The translations under genes and the position numbers were made by a program. The notes under the pieces are model-generated. The model was not told the origin of the DNA. It saw nothing but the letters and a program-made list of their open reading frames with translations, and made no database searches. From NCBI GenBank assembly GCA_947632505.1, contig CANRPN010000001.1, positions 3,870 through 67,869 of the forward strand: a DNA stretch of 64,000 bases. The letters run 5' to 3'. The stretch is from an uncultured Clostridia bacterium (GTDB lineage Bacteria; Bacillota; Clostridia; Christensenellales; Borkfalkiaceae). The first letter of the stretch is position 1, and each line of letters begins with the position of its first letter. Positions 35,905-46,000 of this stretch are shown piece by piece.

Positions 35905-38409
35905 ATGGATACATCACATTATTCCGATCATCTTCGCGAAGCGCTCGAACTTGCCAATGAGCTGGAACGCACTTGCCAAACGGGCTATATCGGCAGTGAG
36001 CATCTTATGATCGGACTCATTGCCGTGGAGGACAGCGCCGCAGGCAGATTGCTCACGGAAGTCGGCGTCGATAAAAACCAATACGTTGCCATTTTCAAGC
36101 GCAGCATTGACAGAAACGCGCGCATCCACGGCTACACGCCCCGCACCAAACGGGTGTTGGAGCTCGCCACCGAGCTGAGCGTGCAGGGAGGCAATTATAA
36201 GGTCCTTACGGGGACCGAGCATGTATTGCTTGCCATTCTCATGATGGAGGACTGTCTCGCCGTCAGGATCCTGAAAATGATGGGCGTGGACATCGCCGAT
36301 CTGAAAAACCGTGCCAAGGAGCTCGCGGCGCCCACAAACGAACAGGGGGAACGCATTCCGCTCAAAGAGATCCCGCGCGCTGCGGCTCGCTTCGGCTTTG
36401 AGACCCAGGATCGTCCGGCCCAGCAAGATCGGGCGCATGGCGCTCAGCAGGGGCCGCTTTCGGAGGAGATCATGCGCTATGGAGACGACCTCACCAAAAA
36501 AGCGCGCGAGGGGAAGCTGGATCCCGTGATCGGGCGGGTGAACGAAATCGAAAAGGTCATTCAAATTCTCTCTCGCAGAACAAAAAACAACCCCGTGCTC
36601 GTCGGCGAGCCGGGCGTCGGTAAGAGCGCTGTGGTGGAGGGACTTGCCCGTGCGATCGTCGCGGGAGAGGTCCCCGAGCCCCTGCGCGACAAGACGGTGT
36701 TCTCGCTCAACATCACGAGTATGCTCGCAGGGGCAAAATATCGCGGGGAGTTTGAGGAACGCATCAAAAAAGTCATTGACGAAATCGCTTCCAGCCGAGA
36801 CATCATTCTCTTCATCGACGAGATCCATACCATTGTCGGTGCGGGAGCCTCTGCGGAGAGCCCGCTCGATGCGTCCAATATCTTAAAGCCCATGCTCGCC
36901 CGCGGAGAGTTGCAGACCATCGGTGCTACGACGCTGGAAGAATATCGCAAATTCATCGAAAAGGACCCCGCGCTTGAACGCCGCTTTACGCCCGTCACGG
37001 TGGACCAGCCGAGCGTGGAGGATACCATCACCATTCTGCACGGCTTAAAGGATAAATACGAAGCGCACCACGGCATCGTCATCACGGATGAAGCGATCGA
37101 AGCGGCGGCGCGGCTCTCCGACCGCTACATCACCGATCGCTTCCTGCCCGACAAGGCGATCGATCTCATTGACGAGGCTGCCTCTCATCAGCGGCTTCTC
37201 GCCTATACGGGGCCGAGCGAACTGAGAGAAAAGGAGGAACAGCTCTCCCGTGCGACCGCCGAGCGGGACAAGGCCGCGGGATGGAAGGACTATGCGCGGG
37301 CGGCGGAATTTTCCCGCCAAATCGACGCACTCACCGCCGAGATCGGGGAGATCAAGGAAACTTGGAGCGCCGAGCGCAATTCGTCCCATCTCTCTATCGG
37401 CGCGGAAGAGATCGCCGCCATTGTATCGAGCTGGACGGGCGTTCCCGTTGTCAAGCTCACCGAGGCGGAGAGCGAGCGGCTCATGCACCTCGAAGCGGAA
37501 CTGCATGAGCGCATCGTGGGCCAAGAGGAAGCCGTCACGGCCGTAGCGAAGGCCATCCGACGCGCAAGAGCGGGTCTGAAAGATCCCAACCGTCCCATCG
37601 GTTCGTTTATCTTTGTCGGTCCCACGGGCGTGGGCAAGACCGACCTTTGCAAGGCGCTCGCCGAAAGCCTCTTCGGCGATGAGCGGCTGATGATCCGCCT
37701 CGATATGTCAGAGTATATGGAGAAACACTCCACCTCGAAACTCATCGGCGCGCCTCCCGGTTACGTCGGCTATGAGGACACATCGGGTACTCTTACCGAG
37801 CGCATCCGCAAAAAGCCGTATGCTGTCGTCTTGTTTGACGAGATCGAGAAGGCGCATCCCGACGTATTCAATATTCTATTACAGATCCTCGACGACGGAC
37901 GGCTCACGGACAGCAAGGGCAGGGTCGTCTCCTTCAAAAACACCGTACTCATCATGACGAGCAACGTCGGCGCGCACCAGGTAAAGGAAGTGGGCGTTTT
38001 GGGCTTCCGCACGGCCGAGGAGGAGAGCGAATACGAGAACATGAAGGAGAATATACAGGACGCCTTGAAGCAGAAGTTCCGCCCCGAGTTCTTGAACCGT
38101 TTGGACGAGACGATCATCTTTCACAAGCTCTCCAAGGAGGACGCGGCGCGCATCTGCGACAAGATCATACAGGGTCTGCAAAGGCAGCTCAAAGAGCGGG
38201 AGATCAACATCAAAGTGAGCAACCGCGCCCGCAACAGGCTGGTGGACGAGGGATACAGTGAGGAATACGGCGCGCGGCCTTTGAAGCGCACCGTAAGAAA
38301 GCTCATCGAGGACCGCCTCTCCGAAGAAATTTTGCAGGGTCACCTTCCCGTCGGCGGCACCGTCATCATCGACGAGGTCAACGGCGAACTCACCTTTACC
38401 GAAGAATAA
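35905..38409 (+). CDS. clpC: ATP-dependent Clp protease ATP-binding subunit ClpC
   Basis: Clp_N repeats, two AAA+ modules (GEPGVGKSA and GPTGVGKTD), a UVR-like linker, and mcsA-mcsB-clpC synteny. Confidence 0.95.
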   Translation: MDTSHYSDHLREALELANELERTCQTGYIGSEHLMIGLIAVEDSAAGRLLTEVGVDKNQYVAIFKRSIDRNARIHGYTPRTKRVLELATELSVQGGNYKVLTGTEHVLLAILMMEDCLAVRILKMMGVDIADLKNRAKELAAPTNEQGERIPLKEIPRAAARFGFETQDRPAQQDRAHGAQQGPLSEEIMRYGDDLTKKAREGKLDPVIGRVNEIEKVIQILSRRTKNNPVLVGEPGVGKSAVVEGLARAIVAGEVPEPLRDKTVFSLNITSMLAGAKYRGEFEERIKKVIDEIASSRDIILFIDEIHTIVGAGASAESPLDASNILKPMLARGELQTIGATTLEEYRKFIEKDPALERRFTPVTVDQPSVEDTITILHGLKDKYEAHHGIVITDEAIEAAARLSDRYITDRFLPDKAIDLIDEAASHQRLLAYTGPSELREKEEQLSRATAERDKAAGWKDYARAAEFSRQIDALTAEIGEIKETWSAERNSSHLSIGAEEIAAIVSSWTGVPVVKLTEAESERLMHLEAELHERIVGQEEAVTAVAKAIRRARAGLKDPNRPIGSFIFVGPTGVGKTDLCKALAESLFGDERLMIRLDMSEYMEKHSTSKLIGAPPGYVGYEDTSGTLTERIRKKPYAVVLFDEIEKAHPDVFNILLQILDDGRLTDSKGRVVSFKNTVLIMTSNVGAHQVKEVGVLGFRTAEEESEYENMKENIQDALKQKFRPEFLNRLDETIIFHKLSKEDAARICDKIIQGLQRQLKEREINIKVSNRARNRLVDEGYSEEYGARPLKRTVRKLIEDRLSEEILQGHLPVGGTVIIDEVNGELTFTEE

Positions 38410-38421
38410 ACAAATAAAACG

Positions 38422-38453
38422 GCGCCGCCCGAGACAAAAGTCTCGGGCGGCGC
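38422..38453. terminator. Intrinsic terminator between convergent clpC and the SGNH gene
   Basis: Perfect 14-bp stem gcgccgcccgagac-aaaa-gtctcgggcggcgc. Confidence 0.7.
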
Positions 38454-38468
38454 TTCCTGTCGTTTGGG

Positions 38469-39383
38469 TCAAAGTTCGAGATTGTTCAAAAGGAACGCCT
38501 CGAAGTAGGGAGTCCACCAATTCAGGTAGCCCGCTTTCTTGGGGTGAATAGCGTCGCTCGTGCACCACTTATAATATTCGTCCGTCACAGCTGCGTTGAG
38601 CGATTCGTCGCCGTAGAGGTCGATGACCTTGACTTCATAGCCGTCGTCGTACCATTTTTTGGCGATCTCCTTCACTTGTTCGACCAGCTTCCCGTATTCC
38701 GACCCCTTGGGATCGGAATTTGCGCGCGTGCCGCTGTCGCCGAAATAGGACCCGGAGTAGAAATACACGGGGCACCCCCACGTATCGAGCGCATAGCGGA
38801 TGATGTATTCCACACCGCCGAGGGTCGTCCCGCGGTCGCAGTCCTGGATATAATCGGGAACGTAGCTGAGCATTTCCCCTCGCTTGGAAAGTCGGGCGTT
38901 GGTGCAGTCGTTGGTGGAGATCTGGCAGATGAACGCGTCGGGACGGGCTTCCTTGTCGAACACCGTGCTGTTTATCATGCGGCGGGTATAGGATTTTGCC
39001 CCCGAATCGCCGTTTCCGCCGTCGTCGAAGATCGTCGTGCCCGAAACCGCTTCTTTCACGCTCGTGCAGCCCGTGAGCGCCGCAAGATATTCCGCCATGC
39101 TCTCGCCATCCGAGGCCGCGCCGTAGGTGACGGACGAGCCGAGCCAATAGAAGAGTTTGCCGCTCAGCGGGCTGTTCTCCCTCTTTTTCACTGCGGAAGC
39201 AACATACGTTTCGCCGTTTGCATCCAAGGAGAGATCGCTTTCCGAGACCGTGTATTGCGGCTCTGCCGCCGTCTTTTCGGGGGGAGTGGGAGCAGGGGGC
39301 TCCTGTTCCTTTTCGCCGCAGGCGCAGCAGAGCGAAAGGGCGGCAAGCAGTACGGCGGCCGCAAGCGATGCGCGTTTTTTCAT
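38469..39383 (-). CDS. SGNH/GDSL-type hydrolase lipoprotein
   Basis: Signal peptide with Cys (LSLCCACG), a GSS..YG block I-like motif (WLGSSVTYG), and C-terminal DAIHP (block V DxxH). Confidence 0.7.
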   Translation of the reverse strand: MKKRASLAAAVLLAALSLCCACGEKEQEPPAPTPPEKTAAEPQYTVSESDLSLDANGETYVASAVKKRENSPLSGKLFYWLGSSVTYGAASDGESMAEYLAALTGCTSVKEAVSGTTIFDDGGNGDSGAKSYTRRMINSTVFDKEARPDAFICQISTNDCTNARLSKRGEMLSYVPDYIQDCDRGTTLGGVEYIIRYALDTWGCPVYFYSGSYFGDSGTRANSDPKGSEYGKLVEQVKEIAKKWYDDGYEVKVIDLYGDESLNAAVTDEYYKWCTSDAIHPKKAGYLNWWTPYFEAFLLNNLEL

Positions 39384-39393
39384 AACATTCCTC

Positions 39394-40062
39394 CTATTCG
39401 TTCAAATTCCAATCGACGGGAGCGATCCCGTGCGATTCAAGATATTGATTTGTTTTGGAATAGTGCCTGCACCCGAAGAACCCGTTGAAGGCCGAGAGGG
39501 GAGAGGGGTGGGCGCATTCCAAGACGAGGTGTTTGCTCTTGTCGATGAGGGGAACTTTCTTGCGCGCATTCCCGCCCCATAAAAGAAATACAAGGTGCTC
39601 CTTTTGTTTGCTCAAAAGCTCGATCACGCTGTCGGTGAACCAGCTCCACCCGCAGTTTGCGTGCGAGTTCGCCTGATGTTCCCGCACCGAAAGGGAAGTA
39701 TTGAGCAGAAGCACGCCCTCTTTGGCCCACTTGGTGAGGTTGCCCGATCTCGGCGGGTCGAATCCCAAGTCGTCGTGGAGCTCTTTGAGCATATTTTCGA
39801 GCGACGGCGGCTTTCTCACGCCGTCTTTCACCGAAAAGCACAGTCCGTGCGCCTGCCCCGGCTCGTGGTAGGGGTCCTGTCCGAGGAGCACGGCTTTCAC
39901 ATTCGCATAGGGCGTAAAGCGGAAACAGTTGTAGAGGTCGTACATGTCGGGATAGACGATGTAGTGGGAGTATTCGTACTTCAAAAATTCCCGTATTTTC
40001 AAATAGCGGCCGTCCTCGAAAAGAGGTTTTAGCACTTCGTTCCAATCGCCCAAATCTATCAT
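39394..40062 (-). CDS. ung: Uracil-DNA glycosylase (family 1)
   Basis: LLGQDPYH, GVLLLN, and HPSPLSA motifs. Confidence 0.95.
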   Translation of the reverse strand: MIDLGDWNEVLKPLFEDGRYLKIREFLKYEYSHYIVYPDMYDLYNCFRFTPYANVKAVLLGQDPYHEPGQAHGLCFSVKDGVRKPPSLENMLKELHDDLGFDPPRSGNLTKWAKEGVLLLNTSLSVREHQANSHANCGWSWFTDSVIELLSKQKEHLVFLLWGGNARKKVPLIDKSKHLVLECAHPSPLSAFNGFFGCRHYSKTNQYLESHGIAPVDWNLNE

Positions 40063-40095
40063 ATGTTCTCCAAGCGAACCGCCTATGCGGTTGTG

Positions 40096-40527
40096 TTAAT
40101 CTATATTGTTTAATATCGTCAAATACTTTTCAAGCTCTTCCTTCGCGCCTAAAAGATCGTGCGCGAGGTAATTCCCGCACTCCTCCCGCTTTGCGCCCGG
40201 CACTTCTTCGAGAGCAAGGGCCGTGGGAATGCACTCTTTGAGGAGCGCCAGCACTTCTGTATAACTCAAATTCACGGTGAGAAGATAAAATCCCGTGCGG
40301 CACCCCATCGGGCCGAAGTAGACGATGTTCTCCTTTTCGCGGCTGTTGCGCAGCACTGTCGCCATCATGTGCTCGATCGAGTGGAGCGCGTCGGGGGTGA
40401 GATAGTCCCCCGCGTTGGGCTTTTTGAACCTTAAATCGAAGGTCGTCACATGATTTGCGGGCGGAAAGGCATGCAACCCCGGTTGCAGCACGTCGTGATT
40501 TTTTTGAAAGGAAGCAATTTTTTCCAT
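40096..40527 (-). CDS. luxS: S-ribosylhomocysteine lyase
   Basis: HSIEHMMA (HxxEH metal motif), GPMGCRTGFY, about 143 aa. Confidence 0.95.
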   Translation of the reverse strand: MEKIASFQKNHDVLQPGLHAFPPANHVTTFDLRFKKPNAGDYLTPDALHSIEHMMATVLRNSREKENIVYFGPMGCRTGFYLLTVNLSYTEVLALLKECIPTALALEEVPGAKREECGNYLAHDLLGAKEELEKYLTILNNID

Positions 40528-40581
40528 ATGGTTTTGTCCTTGCGCTTTTCACTTGTCAGTTTGTCCACGTTGATTCCGATT

Positions 40582-40684
40582 TGTCATTTTGAGCGGAACG
40601 AAGTGGAGCCGAGAAATCTCAACATTTTTATAATGTGGTAGAGATTTCTCCACGCGCCGCTCACGCGGCTTGGTCGAAATGACA
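40582..40684. repeat. Inverted pair of REP/MITE-like elements (GTCATTT[T/C]GA...GAGAAATCTC) between mtnN and luxS
   Basis: Left arm 40582-40620 and right arm 40641-40684. The outer 11 nt and inner 10 nt are reverse-complementary. The right arm is the same element as at 27301-27345. Confidence 0.85.
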
Positions 40685-40821
40685 GTTTGGGAAAGTATTG
40701 CATTTGCCTCTTGCTGTCCTTAAAGGGAAAGTGGCGAGCGAAGCGAGCCAAAGGGTTCTCGAAAACCCCTCAGTCACTTCGTGACAGCTCCCCTAATAGG
40801 GGCGCAAGGTGACCTACCATC

Positions 40822-41475
40822 TTACTCCAAACTCTCCAAAATTTCTTTGAGGTGGGCTTTTAGGTTGAGCAGGGCAAAGGCGCAGTTCTTGCGGAATTGT
40901 TCTGTCGTCGAACCCGAACCGTACACGTCGGAGATCGCCTTCACACTCACAAAGGGCACGCCCGCGTACTTGCACACTTCTGCGATCGCTCCCGCCTCCA
41001 TTTCGCGGATGTCGCAGCCGAGCGAGAGAAGGAGCGCGTGATCGGTCGGCGAATCATTGAACCTGTCGCCCGTGCCCAAAGCGCGGCGGGGATAGGGGAG
41101 CGGCGGGCAAAAGAGGGGCAGGAAGTTTTCCGTCTCGCCGTCGAGGGTGCCCACGGGCAGCCCGTTGAGCTGAGTGCAGTCGAAATCATATTGCACCGCC
41201 TTGTCGATGAGATACACTTCGGTAAGTGCGGTACGGTCGGAGAGCCCTCCCGCTGCGCCGAAGTTCAAAACGACGTCCGCGCCCATCTGAATGGCGGCGC
41301 ATGCGCCCGCTGCTGCATTCACTTTCCCCACGCCGCAGGTGACGAGAACGACATCCTTTCCGAACGCTTTCCCGCTATGCACCGTCTTTCCGAATACCGT
41401 CTTACTGTTTTCGATCTCCATTTGATCGAGCAAAATTTTCGCTTCGCTGTCCGTGGCAATGACGCAACCGATCAT
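40822..41475 (-). CDS. mtnN: 5'-methylthioadenosine/S-adenosylhomocysteine nucleosidase
   Basis: PNP_UDP_1-fold pattern (IGCVIATDSEA..., GVGKVNAAA, REMEAGAIA). Lies upstream of luxS in the same orientation. Confidence 0.9.
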   Translation of the reverse strand: MIGCVIATDSEAKILLDQMEIENSKTVFGKTVHSGKAFGKDVVLVTCGVGKVNAAAGACAAIQMGADVVLNFGAAGGLSDRTALTEVYLIDKAVQYDFDCTQLNGLPVGTLDGETENFLPLFCPPLPYPRRALGTGDRFNDSPTDHALLLSLGCDIREMEAGAIAEVCKYAGVPFVSVKAISDVYGSGSTTEQFRKNCAFALLNLKAHLKEILESLE

Positions 41476-41529
41476 AATACACCTCTTTTTCTATTATAAC
41501 TCATAATACACCTCTTTTTCTATTATAAC
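41472..41529 (-). repeat. Perfect 29-bp x2 tandem duplication spanning the SD and start codon of mtnN
   Basis: tcataatacacctctttttctattataac at 41472-41500 and again at 41501-41529. Confidence 0.95.
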
Positions 41530-41606
41530 AAGTTTTTTGCGTTTTGGCAAGCGGAGGAATACTTCTTTTCGGAACGGTCTAAAACATATTCCAAAAGGAG
41601 GATGGA

Positions 41607-42857
41607 ATGAATCCGTTTGAAGTAAAGCCGCAAAAAGCGGACAAGATTTTTACAGGTTGGAATAAAGTGCTCGTAAAGCCCTACGACAAGAACACCGTAG
41701 ACCCCTACACCCGTTTGAGGGTCATTCTCATGAACGGCACCGAATTTGAGAGCGTGCGCTGCGGGCATGCCTTCCACCGCATGTGCGCCAACAACGACGT
41801 AAGGCGGCGTCTCGCCTACATGCGCAGGGGAGAACAGATCCAACAAAAGCGCATTGCGAGCTTGAAGCCCGCGAATGAGACCATTTTGGAGCACACGATC
41901 GGCTATGAACAGCTCGCAGTAGACCTCACCGCCGCGCTCGCGATCACCGAGAAGAACAGCTACGTCAAAAAGCAGCTTGACTTCGCCCTTTTGGAAGACT
42001 TCGACCACCTCTACCGCTACTCCGACCTCATGGAGCTCGAAAAGGGCGGAGACCCCGCGCGGCTCGTCGGCGACTACACCGAGATCATGCCAGGCCGTCC
42101 CACCGTTGCGGAGTACCGCCACCCCTACGACGATGTGGACTTCTATATCAACTGCTACCTCAACGACCTCAAAACCAAGCTCAACATCAACATCATCACG
42201 GCGGCGGAGCAGCAGACGATGAACTTCTATATGAACGTCGGCGACCTGTACGCGACCAATCTCGGCAGAAAACTCTATAACGAGATCGCGATGATCGAGG
42301 AACAGCACGTCACGGGGTACGGCGCGCTCAAAGACCCCTGCTTGACCCCGTTTGAAAATCTGCTCATGAACGAGTACACCGAGTGCTATCTCTATTACTC
42401 CTGCTACGAGGACGAAAAGGACGAGCGGATCAAGGCCATTTGGGAGATGCACTTCGAGGAGGAGGTCGCACATCTCCACGAGGCCGCCGATCTTCTCAAA
42501 ACGTACGAGGGCAAGGTCTGGCAGCAGGTATTGCCCGAGGGAGGGGAGTTCCCCGAACTGCTCAAATTCCGCCCGCAGAAGGAATATGTGCGCGAAATTT
42601 TGAAGAGCGTGCGCCTCACGGGCGTGGAAGAGGGCTGGGAAGAGCTCGACAAAGTACCCGATTCCTTCCGCTTCTTCTCCTACAATTCCCGCATTCACGG
42701 CGGCAAGCCCGAAACTCACGGCACCCATCTCTGCGTCGAAAAGCTCATCGGCGAACGGGGACAGGATTACCGCATCCAAAACAAGGAGCACCCTGTAAAG
42801 GCGCTTTCGGACAGAAAAAAGGACAACCTCGACGTCGCAAGGGTCAAGGGGAAATAA
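41607..42857 (+). CDS. Ferritin-like (diiron-carboxylate type) domain protein of unknown function, 416 aa
   Basis: SD aaggagga before the ATG. Candidate metal ligands are LEDFDH, IEEQH and EEEVAHLHE (ExxH pairs). The long antisense ORF is a shadow. Confidence 0.6.
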   Translation: MNPFEVKPQKADKIFTGWNKVLVKPYDKNTVDPYTRLRVILMNGTEFESVRCGHAFHRMCANNDVRRRLAYMRRGEQIQQKRIASLKPANETILEHTIGYEQLAVDLTAALAITEKNSYVKKQLDFALLEDFDHLYRYSDLMELEKGGDPARLVGDYTEIMPGRPTVAEYRHPYDDVDFYINCYLNDLKTKLNINIITAAEQQTMNFYMNVGDLYATNLGRKLYNEIAMIEEQHVTGYGALKDPCLTPFENLLMNEYTECYLYYSCYEDEKDERIKAIWEMHFEEEVAHLHEAADLLKTYEGKVWQQVLPEGGEFPELLKFRPQKEYVREILKSVRLTGVEEGWEELDKVPDSFRFFSYNSRIHGGKPETHGTHLCVEKLIGERGQDYRIQNKEHPVKALSDRKKDNLDVARVKGK

Positions 42858-42878
42858 ACGTTCGATGAACAATTTCAT

Positions 42879-42955
42879 TGCGCCGCCGCGCCGCGAACTT
42901 CGCGGCGCGGCGGCGCATTCTTCTTCTCCCGCAAACAGGCGGGAATTTTTTTACT
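42879..42955 (+). terminator. Long GC palindrome (~17 bp arms) followed by a short hairpin and T7; terminator region
   Basis: tgcgccgccgcgccgcgaa / ttcgcggcgcggcggcgca, then cccgc-aaacag-gcggg-aattttttt. Confidence 0.6.
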
Positions 42956-43004
42956 GCTAATTTTTTTCAAGTCAACCATAATAAGAGTAACCATAGGAGA
43001 AATA

Positions 43005-46000
43005 ATGAAAAAATTCTTGTGTTTGGGTCTTGGGCTCTGCCTTCTCTTTGCTCTTGCGGGGTGCTCCGGCGCGCGCAGCTATACGGTCACTTTCAAAAAC
43101 GGTGAGAGCGTGGTAAAGACGCTCGAAGCAAAAGCAGGGGAACAGCTCGACCTGCGTTACTGCGTCAAGGCGCCCGAAAAAGAGGCGGACGAATCCTACA
43201 TTTATACCTTTTCGGGTTGGACTTTGGAAGAGGGCGGCGAAGCGGTCATCCATCATACGGTGAGGGGGAACGCCGTCTTTTATGCACAGTTTCAAGCGGA
43301 GAAACGGGAGCCTCAGCCTCCCGCGCCTCCCGAAAAGCGGGAATTTACGCTCTATCTGCATGTTTTGGAGGAGACGGAGGAGCAAAAGATCGTCGAAGGG
43401 GACGCGCTCCCGCTCGCAGCTCCCGAGCTTCCTGCCCTCATCGCCTTCGAGGCGTGGTGTACAGACGAGGAGCGAACGCAAGAGACGGAACTTGAAGAAA
43501 TGCCCTCGCGCGATCTGCACCTCTATGCAAAGTGCGGCTTGGATCTGCCGCAGGGCAGCCTCGTACAAGAGGGCGGTTTTGTCTACGGCGAGCAAAATAC
43601 CGTCCGCGTGAGCGGCCTTACGCAGGCCGAAGGGCTCTCCTATGCCTATACATGGCAGGGAGCGGAGGGAGAAGGCGACAGCGTAACGCTTACCGAAGCG
43701 GGGGAACACGCGCTTTCCGTGGAGATCGTTGCCTCCTACCGCGGGTTGAGCGCAACACAGACCCTTTCGCAGACGTTTTCCGTGCGGAAGCGCGCCTTGC
43801 AGGCGTTTGTGTCGGGTCAAAGTTCCTATGTGTACGGCGAGACGGTCTCTCCCGCGCTGCACTGCGAGGGCCTTGTGCACGGAGACAGCGCAAATTCTCT
43901 CGGCGCGCGGTTTGTCTTTGCGAAAAACGGCGTCCCCGTTCCGCAAAACAGCAGGCTTCCGGCGGGCGATTACACGGTGACGGCCGAATTTCCGCCTCTG
44001 AAAAATTACGAGCTTGCGCCCATCTCCCCCGCATCGTTCACGATGACAAAGCGGCCCGTTTCGGCCGTCGTGACCGTCTCGGACATCACCTATGGCGAGG
44101 AACCGTCCCCGCAAATTGCATGGAGCGGAATTTTGGAGGATGAGAGCGCGCCGTCCGCCGGGGAAGCCTATGTCTATCTGAAAGGCGGCGAACCGCATAC
44201 GGGCCGCTTTACGCCCGGGAGCTACACTCTCGAAGTGAACGCCAACGCGATCTCCATGGAGAATTATTCCCTCGGCGAGGTCAATTCCTGCACCTTCACG
44301 GTAAAGAAGGCGCCTCTGACGGGTACGATCTCTCTCCAAAAGGAGAGCGTCGTCTATGGCGAAGCGCCCGCTCCCGCACTTGTCGCGGAGGGGTTCGTCT
44401 ATGGCGAGAGCGCGGACCTTGCGCCCGTGTTCCGCTATCTCGGCGAAAAGCAGGGCGATCCGCTGCCTGCCGGGGAGTATGAAGTCACGGCGGAGCTGCG
44501 CGTGCCCGAATATTACACGCTTGCGTCCCTCCGCACGGCGCATCTTACGGTGGAAAAACGTACGCTCACGCCCGTCGTTGCCGTTCAAACAGAATTTACC
44601 TACGGAGAGACCCCCGCGCCCACGCTTGAATTTTCGGGTTTTGCCGCAGGCGAGGGAAAGCCGCAGCTTACAATTTCGGGCAGCGGGATCGTCTACACGC
44701 GGAACGGCGCTCCGCACGAGGGCAACCGTTTCCCCGCGGGGAATTATACGGCCGCGGCGGACCTCGCGGCGCTCTCTGCGGAAAATTATACGTTTGCCGA
44801 GGGCAACCGTGCGGAGTTTTCGGTCAAGAAGGCGCAGGGGACCCTCGACGTGAGCGGCGTGCAGCGGGAATACACCTACACGGGCAGTTTGCAGACGGTC
44901 TCGGGCGGCGCAACGACCAATAATTCGGAGGACGGCGTCATCACGTACACGAACAATACCTTTACGACGGTCGCCGAAGGGGAAGCGCTCATCGTCACCG
45001 TCACCCTATCGGAGGGCGAGAATTACATGGGCGCGACGGCAACGGCGGATGGATTCACCGTGCATAAACAGACCCTCACGCGCCTGCCTGTGGAGGCTCC
45101 CGTTCTCTCCGAGCAAGTGAACAAGATCGGAAAAACGCTCGCGGACATATCAATTTCCGACCCGCGCTTTACGTGGAAATCGGGAGGGGAACCTCTTGTG
45201 CTCGGACGGCACGGGTATGAAGCTGTCTACGACGGCGATCCCGACAATGTCTTTCCGTTCGAAACGTCGCTCTCCTTTTCCACGCGGAAAGAGGTATTTG
45301 ACCTTTCCGTAATGGGTGGGGAAGGAGACTATGAGGCAAACGCCGCGGTTTCGGGGCTCACCCTTGCAAGCTACACGCTCACCGACGAGGCGGGTCTGCC
45401 CTGCGGCGAAACCGTAAAAACGTATGTCAAGTTCACGCCGACGGCCACGCTCACGCTCTCTGTGGGCGGAACCTATCCCGTGCAGTGGACGTTCGTTCTC
45501 ACCGAAAACGATTATTTCAAGGTGCGCTATTCGGAAGAGACGACGGGGGAGACTCTGCACGAATTTTCGGGCAAAGCTCCCTTCAAATGGAAGTCGGTCG
45601 AGCTGGGCGGCGCCCTCTATACCGCAGAGGATGCGCTCGCCGCCCTATTGCCGCAGCAGACGGCGACGGTGAAGTACGACACCTCTTTCTGCGCGGAAGA
45701 TTTTTACCGCGGAGACGAATTTTACACCGTCAAGAGCGGCGCCGCGCTGCTCGTTCCCTTTGGGGAGGAGGACACGGGGGTCACGGAACAGCTCACGCCC
45801 AACCGTTCGTATGAGGCGGTCGCGCCCGAGGGGTACCTCACGCTCTCGCTCCCCAAAGGAACGCTTGCCGTGGAGGGAAAGTTGATCGTCAACGCCGACC
45901 GCGTATCAAATTCCAATCAGACGAGCAACGTCCGCGGCGGCGCGTATGCGACGCTGAATATCGGAAAGGATGCGCAGGTGGTCGTCAAACACGGGGGCGT

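Noticed and set aside
40450-40641. 63-aa ORF (...ICHFERNEVEPRNLNIFIMW)
   Set aside because: It is a translation of the palindromic repeat element between mtnN and luxS, of the kind often mis-annotated as a hypothetical protein.
41523-42878. 451-aa minus-strand ORF
   Set aside because: It is a shadow of the + strand ferritin-like gene, which has a good SD and ExxH motifs. The minus-strand product is Val/Leu/Glu-rich low-complexity sequence.
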